Source: Auanema rhodensis (taxonomy: Eukaryota > Animalia > Nematoda). Taken from it: a DNA stretch of 64,000 bases. This document shows, in pieces, positions 1 to 13,515 of this stretch (positions are counted from its first letter, which is position 1; every line of letters starts with the position of its first letter). Where the stretch lies: positions 5,580,001 through 5,644,000 of the forward strand of contig OZ059898.1 in the NCBI GenBank assembly GCA_964057225.1, written 5' to 3'. The notes under the pieces are model-generated. The model was given only the letters and a program-made list of their open reading frames with translations, did not search any database and was not told the origin of the DNA. Both the position numbers and the translations under genes were made by a program.

Positions 1-356
1 ATATGAGATATCATATTATACATTAATCAAGAAGAAAAATAAGAAAATCCGTTTGTTCTTTCAAAATTTTACAGGTTACTTTTCGTTTTAGTCACCGTCG
101 AATAGATCAAATTGAGTTGATTGTTCAAACAATGCTTTCATTTGCCTGTTCACTGAGCCTTCACAGTGCAGCTTATAAAATTTTTTGATTTGTCTACTGA
201 TTGAATTTAAGACTTGGCATAGTCATAGTTAGTAACATATACACACGTATATAACTTCATTGTAAATCTTAAGGTGAAAACTTGAACCTACAAGTTGTCT
301 TCTTACCCCTTCATGCTTATTTTTTAAATTCCATCTGATTGTTTTATTTGAATTTC

Positions 357-937
357 TTATCACCTTATTTGATATATCTTTATATTACCATATTTGCAAC
401 ATAGATATCTACGTAACTATTACTCTTTAATAATTACGATAAAGATGTACATCGAACACCCAAAAATTAAAATTACTAATTAAATTTCTCATGAAATGTA
501 GTTGATTTAACTTTTTTTCCATTAATCCTATTTGTACATGTAAATATGAAATATCATATCAAAGGTTTTATCAGTTTCTTCCGTTTTATATATTTTTGTG
601 TCACATATCAGACTACTTGGGTATATATGTATATAGACATATATCTGATATATCTAATTATATTTGGAGCCTACTACAAAAAATAAGCTTAATTTTAATT
701 ATTTGTCAAATTTGGTAATGTGATCCTCTCCAAATGATGTCATAAACGTAAAAATTCTTAGTCATCAAGGAAGATAAATTGAGAAAAACGTTTTTGATAA
801 TCAACTCACAAGGCAAATATTCCACCAGTGATAGTTATATTTACTTATCAATTCAGTTAAGATAGATTGGCACATTTTTAGTTCAATACGGATTGATGAC
901 ATCATCCTATGTTAATGTTTGAAATGCCGTCTTATCA
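357..937. promoter_or_regulatory. Cluster of TGATAA/TTATCA GATA sites upstream of the ABCA gene
   Basis: Sites at about 357, 568, 795, 845 and 932, with more in the long intron near 2297 and 2500. TGATAA is the ELT-2-type intestinal motif, but it is common in AT-rich DNA. Confidence 0.4.
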
Positions 938-1252
938 TCCACAGAGACATTTTCGATTTCTGTGTCTAGGCCAAGAATCGCATTTGAACATATTAATTTA
1001 TTTATTCTAGCTCTTATGATTAAAGACAATTTTCTAGATTTCTTTGGAAGTAATAGTTCAAAATTGTAAATAGCTATCTATTTGTGTACTTTCTTTTAAA
1101 ATTTATATAGTATCGCATTACAACTCTATTTCATACCAGTATAAGGATATACATGACCACTTATATCGAATATGCCTCTGAATTCAATTATTTTTATATC
1201 TTATAGCATAGTAATTCTAACTTTTGAATTTTCATATTTCAGCTTACATGTT

Positions 1253-4200
1253 ATGGGTGCATTTACTCAGCTTAGATTGTTATTATGGAAAAACTGGTTA
1301 CAACAAATTCGATCTCCTTGGTTTACGCTTTTCGAATTTCTTGTACCACTTTCGTTGATTGGAGCTAGTTTCGGACTTATGATAGGTGTTAGTTTGTATG
1401 TTGTTCAGAATCTTCGATTTATACAATGTTTAGTTGCGAGGTAACTTTGAGGTATCATATGCAGAGAGGGTTTATTCTACTTGGCCGGTCATGGGTAGTG
1501 CATACGACCTTTTCATTATGACAAAACCAGGAGATTTCGATGTCAGAACATAATTCTATTAACTGTTAAATAATAAAATTTTTTGCAGAGTGCAATTGTA
1601 GATCCATCAGCGGTATATTCAACAGATGGTAGCTGTGCTTTTCTGAACGTTACCCAAGTTGGGGATACGTTTATTCTGAGAATGGATATTGCATTTGCGC
1701 CTAAAACGACATCCACAATTGCGATTATGAACACAGTTAAAGTAATAATCTAATAATAATAATGTACTACTTACATTAAAATGTTTCAGAATCGTTATTC
1801 TGGAAAAGATATTCTAAATACACCTGAAATTCACAAGATTCTCAATGGTACTTATAAGTCAATGCCTTTCGTTAATTCTGCAATTAACGTTGAGTGCAAT
1901 GTACATGGTAATGAAATGATTAAGAGTCAATTTAATTTCTAAGAATAACAGGTTATACAACTGAAGCTGAAATGGTCAATGACCTCAAAAATTCATTTTC
2001 AAATCAATGTGGCAATCCAATATTAGGTACAGAACTCCAATAAATATTTTAAAAAATATATTTTTATAGGTGGTATTGTATTTTCTAATGCATTTGGTGA
2101 TAATATTGATGAGCAAACAACTAATTTAACTTACACTATAAGGCTATCTAATACAAATCGACGTCTTACTGTAAGTGCTTTATACATTTTGATATAATCT
2201 AGCTATATTTAATATTATATTTCACACATTTTTAGCATTTGTAAACTAAGTCATGCTTATACGTAGTATGAACATTTTGCTTTCAAAAAAGCGCATGATA
2301 ACAAAATAAGCTATAAAACAAAATATTTTTACATTTATGCTTCAATTCAAATTATTCTGACTCATATTAACGCATGCATCATTACTGTTTTCATTTCAAG
2401 AGTTCAAGATATCAGCTTATAAAATGAGTAATTACCATAAGATATTAGTGACTAATTAAGCTATTGGCTATCTCAAATCTATTGACATCTATAAAATTCT
2501 TATCAGAATGATGTCATTTAATCAGCATTTTAGAGTTTTGGTGATTCTTATTCACCTTGGAACACAGCCAAATCTTTTGCAGTGGATTATATTGCTGGTC
2601 CTATTAATGCAAATGCATACGATGGAGGATCTCCAGGTAGATATATTTTATTAGTTATTAAAATATAAAACGAAATATAGGATACTGGAAAGAAGGATTT
2701 GTTACACTTCAGCGAGCTGTTGCTATAGGAATTTCTGATTTTAAATCAAAAAAAACAACAAATAAAATAATTGCAGATGTTCTGGTACTTTAACAATATA
2801 AATGATAAAATCTATAATTTGTTTTTTTTACAGCTTGGCCGTTTTCCATATCCAAAGTATCAGAATAAAATAATCGAAATTGGTGCTTTCTTCATTCCAG
2901 TTATTGTTATTTTTTCTAATATGTCAAGTGTTATTTATATAGTACGAAATATTGTAATGGAAAAAGAAAATCGACTCAAGGTTTGATTTATAAAATAATC
3001 GTTGAAATCAAGAATATTTCAGGAATATATGCGTGTGATGGGTTTATCTCAATGGATTCACTGGGTTGCTCATTTTATTGCTAATTACATTAAATTATTA
3101 TTTAGTGCAATAATCATATCAATTTTAATATCGGTTATAACTCCTCAGTTAGTTTTTTACATATATTTCAATTTATTATATTTAATTTTAGATCAGATTT
3201 CTCGGTTACGCTTGTTCTATTTCTATTATATGCTTTTAATGTTCTATATTTTTCATTTACTATATCTACGTTTCTTTCAAATGGTAGTTTGATTTTCATT
3301 ATATTTCAAAACCAAATTTATTCATTTAAGGTACGGCAGGTACTTTATTTGCTACAATTGGATGGATGTTGTTATATTTTTGGTATGCATTTTTCTCCGG
3401 AAAGGACACAGTTCAGCCCTTCTCTTTTGGAGCTAGAATGGCAAACTGTTTAAATCCTGATATTGCTATAGGCTTTGCAATAACTTTGTTAGCTCGATAT
3501 GAAACACAAGGTAATTTTTTTCCAGATATTTTACAAATAGAAATAATTGTTTAAGCTGATGGTATTCATTGGGGAAAGCTGTTCACTACTCCAACTCCAG
3601 ATGAACATTTGTCTATGGGACATGTCATGATAATGCTGGTTGTTGATGGTATAATGTTTATTCTACTTACTTGGTATGTGGAAGCTATCTTCCCAGGTGG
3701 AGAGGGAGTACCTCAAAAACCATATTTTTTCATTTTGGTGAGTAACGCTCGATAATTTAAATAAAGTTGTATATTTCAGCCGTCGTATTGGTTCCCTAGC
3801 AGTGCTAAAAAAATTATTTCTAAAGAGTCACAAGAGGATGAAAACAAAGGAAACCGTGACGCTAAGATCGAACAAAGTTCTTCATCAAAATTGGTAAGTA
3901 CTCATGTAAAATATGATGTTAAATTCATATTAATTTAGAATACAGTTAATGTTGTTAATCTTTCTAAAACATATGGATCATCTTTCTTTAAACAATTATA
4001 TGATTGCAAATTTGGGAATAAAGCAGTGAAAAAAGCAGTAGATAACTTAAATATTAAACTTTATCAAGGTGAAATAACAGCATTATTGGGCCATAATGGT
4101 GCTGGAAAAAGTACAACATTCAGCATGCTGTCTGGTAGGTTTCATATCTCAGCCTCACGGCTTACAAATTGAAATTTTAGGAGTTATTTCTCCAAGCAGT

Positions 4201-7200
4201 GGAACAGCATATATTAATGATATGGATCTTCGTAACTCACTTCCAGCAATTAGAAAAAGTGTTGGATTGTGTCCTCAATACAACACATTATTCAATTCCA
4301 TGACTGTTATGGAACATTTAGAATTTTTCTGTAAACTTAAGGTATATTTAATAGAATGAACAGCATGTTTAATTACTGTTCAGGATCGTCCTTATGATCC
4401 AGCAGATGCTAGAGATATGTTAACTCGCTTGCGCATTGAATTCAAGGCAAATGCTCGTGCAGGAACACTGTCCGGAGGACAAAAAAGAAAGCTTTCATTG
4501 GCTATAGCTTTAATTGGAAACTCTGAAGTTTGCTGTTGTTTTTAAAATGTCAACCTAACCATATTATTTCAGATTGTTATGCTAGATGAGCCAACTTCAG
4601 GCATGGACCCTGGAGCTCGTCATGAAACCTGGACATTACTACAAGAAGAAAAACTTCATAGAACCATTCTATTCACAACTCATTTCATGGAGGAAGCCGA
4701 TTTATTGGGAGATCGTATTGCAATAATGGCTCATGGGGAATTGCAATGCTATGGATCTGGAATGTTTTTGAAAAAAGAATACGGTGAACTTTATTGCTTA
4801 GTTCATAATACTTTATTATATATTTTAGGTGATGGTTATCATTTGACAATTGCATATCATCATGGTTCAACTAAACAGAATTGGGATCAAACTCTTGAAT
4901 TGATCAGAAAATATATTCCAAATGCCAGACAAGTATCTTGTGTAGGTCAGGAGAGTACAATTTTACTGTCAGGTTCATACAGATCAGAGTATGAGTTATT
5001 CTTTTTTTATTTTAATAATGACCTTCATTCAGATTTCCAACTCTGTTTGCGGATTTAGAAAAAAATCAGAAAAGATTATCAATTTCATCTTTTGGTGTTT
5101 CTATTACTACTATGGAAGAAGTCTTTTTAAAGTATCAAAATGTTTCCCACTCTTAAAATAACTTTTGTTTTGAAGAGTTGGTGATGTGGCTGAAGAAAAA
5201 TATAACCGAGAACATGAAAAGGATCAAGTGGAAGTTGCAGATTTGAGTGAAGATACTTCTTTGCTTGAAAGTATAATACATTTCAGTAATTTTTTCACAT
5301 AACACTATTGTTCAGGAATGAGAAACAAGAATCGATTGAGTGGATTACAATTTTACTTGCAGCATGCAAAAGCTATGTTTATAAAGCGAGCAATATATTT
5401 CAGTCGAAAGTGGACCATTTTTCTGCCCGAAGTGCTTTATCCGGTATATTCAACAAATGAATATATATACATACATATATATGTATCTATATTTCAGGTT
5501 GGTTATCTTTGTCTGATGGTATGGTCGGCCACAAATATTCCAACTGCTAAAGAGCAGCCACCACTGGTTGTCAATTTTGATCCTATAGTTTCTAAAAATA
5601 CTCATGGTTACATAACAACTTCGCAGCAACAATATCACGGCAGTAGTCTTGAAAGGTATGAATAATACTGTTAATATACATATACTATATGTATATATAA
5701 ATATTTTTTGTTTAGCATCATCAATCAAACATGTAAAACTATGAATGCACCTTCTCGAGTTATTGTACAAAGTGAACCTAATATAAGAGATTATATAGTT
5801 AATACAACAAACACGGTATTAAAATTAAGTTTTATCATCTTAAATTAATTTTTAAGGTTGGAGCAGCTACATTTGGAATTCACTATCCGTTAGCTTTTGA
5901 AGTTACTAACTTGATTCCTTTGTATGATAGTTTAAGAGGTCAAATGATAAAATGAAGATTTTTTAAAATAATTTTCAATTTTAGTTTATTTCAACAATTA
6001 TTTTTTACAATCACCTGTTCTTGGAATACTAATGGCTGACACTTTGAAATTGTCCAAAACTTTTAACAGAGATATTGATGTTTCCGTAAGTTGTTCATTT
6101 CTAAACATTATTCAGACCTACTAACACACAGGTTATCAACCATCCTCTACCACCTTCTTCTCAAGATTCTCTTAAAAACAGAGCTTCTTCTGGTGGAACA
6201 GCTTATATGATTGGGTACGCTATGATCGTAGCAATGGCAATGGTCATTTCCGGTAATGCTTCATTCATCATCCGTGAAAAATCCAAAAGAAGTAAACATA
6301 TGCAGGTTTCTTATTATCGATTATCAAGTACCTTTTAAGTATTATTTTAGCTACTTTCGGGGTTAAGACCATGGATGTATTGGTTAACAATTTTTATTTG
6401 GGATAGCGTTTGGTACTTAATGCGTGTTATATTGTTTTTAGCCGTTTTCTATGCGTTTAACATTAAGGTAACTAATGAAATGTTTGGAAAAAAACTTTTT
6501 GAATATTTATAGCAATATACATATGACTTTGGAATAGTTCTCACATTGTTCTTATCCTTGGTATTATATGGCTGGGCTGCTATACCTAGCACCTATTGGT
6601 TCTCTTTTGCATTTAGCAGCGCTCCGAAAGGTTTCACAATTATCGTCTTATATCATGTGATGAGTGGTAAGCTTTGAATGCTTTTTTTTATATTGTTATC
6701 AAAAAAATAGGCATGATTGGTGCTATTGCGGTACCAATAATATCTCAAACTGCAAACTCGGATACAGCATACTTATGGAGTATCATCTTGTCTTGGTTTT
6801 TCCCTACATATTCTATTGCAAATATATTCATCTTGGTAAATTGAAATATATTTGAAATGAATAATATGAAACTCTAGGTATACAGCAATGAATTTGCTCG
6901 AGAAGCATGTCGCTCCTTTCAGTGTACTACAGCTATCGGAAAAGCGAGTGTGCAATGTTGTGGAACTCCAGATCGTTATTATTAGCTTTATTTATATCAA
7001 AATAATTGAGATTTCAGAACTTGCATTCACTAATAATCTTCTTGGAACAGCTGGCAAAAAAGGAATTCTGATACCTATACTGTTTTTTGCAGGACAAGTA
7101 TGTTAAGTTTATATTTAACAATGATAACATTAATGCCCAGGGATTCTTATATTGGATGGCTACTTATGCCCAAGAAACAGGATTGTTACCGCGATTAATA

Positions 7201-8749
7201 GATTCCATTAAACAATTTTTCAAAAAGAATAACAAAATTGGTGACTCGGTGAGCATTTATTACATAATCATTATTCTGTTTTATTATTATTATACTTAAG
7301 TTCGCTATCACAAAAGAAAACGTCGAAGACACGGATGTAATTAATGAAAAGAACAAAGTGGCTAATATGTCTCGTGAAAGCTCTTCTGTTATCGTAGACA
7401 ATATCAAAAAATGGTAAAGTTTTTTGAAAGATTTAGGTTAATTATATTTTGCTCAGGTATGGTAATTTTAATGCGGTTAAAGGAGTAAGCTTCCATGTTA
7501 ATGAGCTGGAGTGCTTTGGTCTATTGGGTGTAAACGGGGCTGGAAAAACCACTACTTTCCAAATGATTACTGGTTAATAGTTGCATGTTCCGTACTTTGC
7601 ATGAGGTTTCTATATCTAGGCGAAAATACTATAACAGAAGGATCAGCATTTATAAAAGGCTATAATGTGTCGACAGCATGGAGAAATGCTGGCTCACACG
7701 TGGGTTATTGTCCTCAGTACGATGCTATCATTAAAGAGATGACAGGAGAAGAAACATTGTACATGTTTGCACGTATTCGGTAATTATGAAGATGTGAAAT
7801 TTTTTAAATACGGAAGACTTCAGAGGAATTCCTTCAAATCAAATAGCGGATTGTGTTGATGCTGTTATCAAAGCAATAGGTATTGGAATATATGCCAAAC
7901 GTCAAATAAAAGGATACAGGTAGAACCATGACATATTCATCTACTAAATTAACTTTTTTTAGTGGTGGTAACAAACGAAGACTATCTCTAGGAATTGCTC
8001 TAGTTGGATTGCCAGAAGTTCTCTTATTGGACGAACCTACCAGTGGAGTAGACCCTCGCGCACGACGTATAATATGGAATATTCTTTCTCAAGTATGACA
8101 ATTAAACAAAATAAAATAATCTGACCATGTTCAGGTTCGTAATATTGGTACAGCATTAGTATTAACTTCACATAGTATGGACGAATGTGAAGCTTTGTGC
8201 ACTGAATTAGCAATAATGGTTTATGGTGAGCAATCTGTTAGCAGAGAAAACTATTAACTTTTTTTCAGGACGCTTCCGCTGTTATGGTAGTTGTCAACAT
8301 ATTAAGAGCAGGTATGGGGCTGGATTTACTCTTCTTATCCGCTTGAAGCAAGCTAGAGATAGTAATGAAGCTAAGCATAAAATATTCAAAGCGTTCCCTG
8401 GAGCGATTCTGAAAGTGAAGCTCACATTCTTATAGATTTTTCATCATTCATATATTTAGGAAGATCATATTCTTCAGTTAAACTTTGAATTGCCTCGCGG
8501 TTCTGGTGTCACATGGTCACATCTTTTCAATCGCATGGAAGCTATCAGTTATGAAATGGAGTTTGAGGACTATTCATTAAGTCAAACCACATTAGAACAA
8601 GTGATTTAAAACTAAATATATTATATGTGAATATGTTTTTTTTGTAGGTTTTCCTCGAATTTTCGAGAGCAGCATCAAACAACGAGGATGTAATATCGAT
8701 GGAAATGGATATCGAAAATGAGGACACAAATATTGATATCCACTTCTAA
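1253..8749 (+). CDS. abt-4: ABCA-subfamily full ABC transporter (abt-4-like), multi-exon gene span
   Basis: N-terminus [23 protein letters not shown] is ABCA-typical. NBD1 has [18 protein letters not shown] and LDEPTSG. NBD2 has [24 protein letters not shown] and [10 protein letters not shown]-terminal [19 protein letters not shown] acceptor ends at 1242; stop TAA 8747-8749. The paralog name is less certain than the family. Confidence 0.9.
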
Positions 8750-9186
8750 TCTTTAGAATATTCATAAGATTAATTTATTGAAAACGTGTATACTATTGCC
8801 GATCTTATATTCATGCATGCATATGGATATGGATATGTATGTGTATAATATTGTTATACTTGTATATAATTATAAAAATTATGATTTACTTGAAATAAAA
8901 TTTATAATTTAAAAATTTGTTCAAATATTCAGAAATATAATATAAATTATCTATCTATAAAAACATCAATAAAAAACTGATTTGACTGAATCACCATCTA
9001 CTATGTATGTATATTGTAATTGGGCTGGGCCAACTAAATGAAGCCATCATAAATGTTATCAGTTTTATTATCCTGGTAATAGAGACAAATTGAAAATTGA
9101 TGGGACATTTTCAAATACGTGTAGGCTCTGATTCTTATTGATGTGATCAATTATTCTTTAAAACGCTTTATTTCAGATATAAGACT

Positions 9187-10158
9187 ATGCAAGCTATTAT
9201 AGTGTTTTGCTGTGCATTACTTGCGATATCTGTGAATTCAGTAAAGGTACATATATGGATAATTCGATGTTTATTTTCATTGTTTAAGGCAGATGACAGT
9301 CCGTATGGAAAATGCATATATTCACTGTTCGATGCAGCAAATGTAAGACCAAAAACTATAAAGTATTTAATTATTTTAATTATTGCTTAGCAAGACTTTA
9401 ACCAAGCGCTCAATATCAGTACTGGTATCAACTGGACAAAAGGAATCCAATTGAACGATATTGTCACAAAAATTATTAATTCTAAAGGAATTGATGGTTT
9501 GAACAACGCTTGCAAGTATATTATTTTTTTAGATAAAATGATGATTATTTTATTGTAGTGCCCGTCAAGCCTTTTCTAAACAACTTGCTATAACGTATCC
9601 TTTCTGCTTAGATCGGTAGTTGAAGCGTACTTATGAACTTAGTATTAATTTTTAGATATTACTTACTTACTCTGTCAGATACAGATTTGAACAACGCAAT
9701 TTATTACGTTCATTTATTCAAGCATTTAGAATTCATATGTAGTGCTGCATATGAAGGTAACATCTTTGTTAACAATGTCATTAACACCTAATTTTAGTTT
9801 ACATTTATGAAAATAGTTGTATAGCAGGAGGAGAGACTTTACCAGGTTACAAACAATGTCGTAACAATTTCGCCACAGCTCTAAAGAACGATGCGCAAAG
9901 CTTTTGCTCGTAAGTTAATAACAATATCATTAAGATTACTATATCATATGTAATTAAGAAGCGTAGCTACTTTGATGAGCTGTAACCAAAATTTTTTCCT
10001 CAGTCTTAATAGTTGCAGCTCGGCAGTAAGTTGAGATTGAAATTATTTTCTTTAAAGGAATTAATTAGGCGGCTTGGGTGGAATGCGAAAAAGAGCGTGT
10101 TGGATTTGCTTATGATTGTCCAAACTTGAAGTGCGAAGCTCTTCCTAAGTCTTCCTAA
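9187..10158 (+). CDS. Secreted cysteine-rich protein, probably nematode-specific, multi-exon
   Basis: Signal peptide MQAIIVFCCALLAISVNSVKA. Spliced exons read DDSPYGKCIYSLFDAAN...NNAC..ARQAFSKQLAITYPFCLDR...HLEFICSAAYE...WVECEKERVGFAYDCPNLKCEALPKSS*. AATAAA-like signals lie downstream. Confidence 0.75.
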
Positions 10159-10498
10159 GTCGTGAGCTGTTTTATGTCGTACCAATAGCTTGGACTGTAG
10201 ACGAGAATATAAATATTCACATGAAAATATATCTGATTTACTTTTTTTGTTCAAAGTTATATAAAATGAATTTTGTTAACAATATTAGCATGGAACAACA
10301 ATAACAAAAAGAAAACAATGACACAAGTAACCTTAACAAATCAAGAATATTTCAATGTGGCAATGCTATGTATTAGCTAACATAATATATCGAACGGTAA
10401 TAAAAAATTTCAAAAGCATAAAGCATTGAACCTGGATATAAGAATGTAACAGTAACAGAATCACAAACACTAAATAAAGAATAATATCTTTACAAACT

Positions 10499-12439
10499 TT
10501 ATACATTAGATATGGTAATTTCGATAATTGCATCTTCATTACTATCTACGCTGATTGAATCTATATCCACTAAATAGGAAAAATAAATAGGAAAAAATAA
10601 AATATATACCTTCTTCATATCCTTTAGGTTTAGATTTTTTAACTGAGATCGGCGATTTATTCACTGCTTTCCTTGAAGCATCAAGAATACGTTTGGCGCT
10701 AGCTGATATCTGAAAATAAGTTCATGAATTTTTACTACGTCAAAAAAACCAACAGGCTTGTTTTTATTCGCCCTTGTTTTCCTTTTTTCAGTACTCGGGG
10801 GAGGAGAATGTTCAGAAGAAGATTCATCATCTGATCTAATATTATTTCTAAATTCAAAGAATATTACAATATCAAGAAAAAACATACATTGTATTATCCT
10901 CCCTTTGCAAAGCATTGATAATCTCTTCAGCTTCACCAACTAAATCAGCTGTTGATTCGTTCCATTCCTCACTTTCAGCAATACTCTTAATTATATTTAA
11001 TTTTACAAATTCAAAGCATATACTAACTCTTTCACGTTTGTGAAATCTTATAGATTTTTCTTTTTTCTTCTTCTTTTCTTCAGCTTCAAATTCTATTTCT
11101 TTTGCAAGAGCTTCAGCGCGGTCGCGTAATGTTTCATCAAAAACTGCTGGTAAACTCATAACCTACAAACTTATATTTTATGTTATGTTATGCAAAATCA
11201 AATAAACTGACTTCTTTCATTTTATCCCAGTTTGTTCGTTCTTCTCGGTTGAACTTGCTCTTTAACTCATTTCGAGCTCTTGATGGAAAGAACTGATGCA
11301 TCAAACCAAAGTCTGTACCCGTACATCTCAATAATTCTATAACTGTGTAATTAACCGAGAACATTTTGAACAAAAATCTTTACCATAAAATAACTCATCC
11401 TCTTTCTTTGTCCATGCTGTCCCTTTCCGCCATAAGCGATTTCGAAACGATAATGAAGTGACTTTTCGAGAAAGTCGATCCTTTAAAGAAAGGCTTCATG
11501 GGTAATATAATCTCACAATTACCTCATCAATTGTCTCCCACATAGATGAATCTTGCTGGGTTTCGGAAATATATAGACTAGTTTCGTCAAGAATAAGCTT
11601 ACCATCTGGACCCACTTTTACCTGAATAAAACATGATATAAAATACTTGATAAAGATTATAAAACCTGTGGAGCTGCAACTTTAGCTGGAGTGATGACCT
11701 CAGGTTTTGTCGTAGAAACATTTGTTGCAGTTACATCTAACTCTTTCAACCTGAAAACATATTACTTTCGAAAACACTATTTTCTTCAAAACCTCATCAA
11801 TCCTTTTTCATTTTTTGGATTCCAATATATCATATCCATCATTCTCATTTTTTTAGTATCGAGCACCTCATCTCCTCGGAATTTCTTTTTTCGGCTACAT
11901 AAAAACCATTAAACATTACATTTAAAGAACAAAGACATACTTCTGAGGGCGTGGTGCCTCACAAGTAGAAGTCAAGCGAGTACGCGGAATAATAGAATCT
12001 TTCAATATACTGGAAAAAAAAATCTAAAATACAGAAAATAAAATAAAAAATACGGTGCTAGTCGTTTTCTTGGAGATGGCTGATCAGAAACAGTAGGAGA
12101 AACAGTGGGAGAAACAGACGATATCACAACTGATAACTCATCTAACAAAAAAAATTTAGCAAATGAGAATCATTTAATAAGAAAATTACTGGTAACCGGA
12201 AGTTTATTTGGGTCACTACCGTCAGAAACAGGACAATCTACACTCGGTGGAAGCAGAGGATTAGCATCCGCATTAATTATGGCATTTTTTACCAATTTAA
12301 TATCACCGCCTTCGTTACTGTAATCATATAATTAGAAGAAATTTCAGATAATCACAAACTTTAATCCTTCAGTTTTTTTTGAACTTTTGGAACCTTTTGA
12401 TATATTAGGTTTAATTTTAAGTCTGCCTCGAGCTAGCAT
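10499..12439 (-). CDS. BDP1: TFIIIB B'' subunit (Bdp1) homolog with SANT/Myb-like domain, multi-exon
   Basis: Start MLARGRLKIKPNISK. APQVKVGPDGKLILDETSL segment, then WTKKEDELFYELLRCTGTDFGLMHQFFPSRARNELKSKFNREER, the Bdp1 SANT signature. Confidence 0.88.
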
Positions 12440-13515
12440 TCTCTAAAACAGAAAGTATGCCATTAATAAAAAACAGTAACTTATAGTGATTTTAAGAAAT
12501 AACAGTATTTTAATTGACAAAAAAAAATTTTAAAATATAATGCTTTAAAGAAATGAAAAAAAAAGTGCTCATACAATAAAATTCCAACGGATTAGATAGT
12601 TTATAATAGTGTAAAAATCATTTATAATTTTAAATTGGAAATTGAAATTTCTATCCCGACGACGACGATTTTATATATGTATATCCATTTGCTATATAGA
12701 TTTTTGGAAATTTAGAATATATGGGAAAATTTTTTTACTACGTATGAGACGCAAAGTAGCGTCAGGTATTCTTTTGATATTACAGAAGAACCCGAACTGT
12801 ACAAGATATGAACCGCAATTTGAGAAGAAAAACTGTTCGTTCAGAAATAGTTATTCAGTTTTCGTGCATATGAATGATACATAAGACCATTGGAATAAAA
12901 TATTGTTTTGATTATTAGCTTAACGTCTATGAAAAACCCTGTAAATAATCTGTTCTCAAGAAATCATTAAACTAAACATAGACATATTGTTTTCCTAGTT
13001 GAAACTATACTGAAATAAGATTTTTTTCTTGTAAAAGTTAATTTTGAATGTCGTTTCCTGGGTCTATAAACTCAAATAGTAAGTAGGTGATCTTCCGATT
13101 TTTTATATTCCATATTATATCCTTTCATAATTGTATATGATTGAACGTAAAACCAACATTTAAAAAAAAGTATTATAATATATCTTTGTAGCATTAAGAA
13201 TTGTAATAAATAGTTTGCGATCAAGACGTATGTCGTGCATTGTACGGTACAGGATACGTAATAACGAAATATTTTTCATTAAGCGTCTGATTGAAAATAT
13301 TTGGTACTATGAACTACTAAAATATAGTGAAAGTGTATAGAAATAACAGTGCTCTTTCCGAACAATTGGCCATTTTTACAAGAATACGAAACGTGAACCT
13401 TTGCATTATGTTTTCTTTGAATATACGATTGAGAACATACAATTTTTTTAACAAAATATTGATTTCCGTTCTTCTTGCATCATATATTGTTTTTTTTTCA
13501 GTAATTTTCTTAAAA

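Noticed and set aside
12740-12765. GTATGAGACGCA resembling lsy-6 miRNA
   Set aside because: The seed region differs and there is no pre-miRNA-length hairpin. More likely a promoter word in the Bdp1/eIF5B divergent gap.
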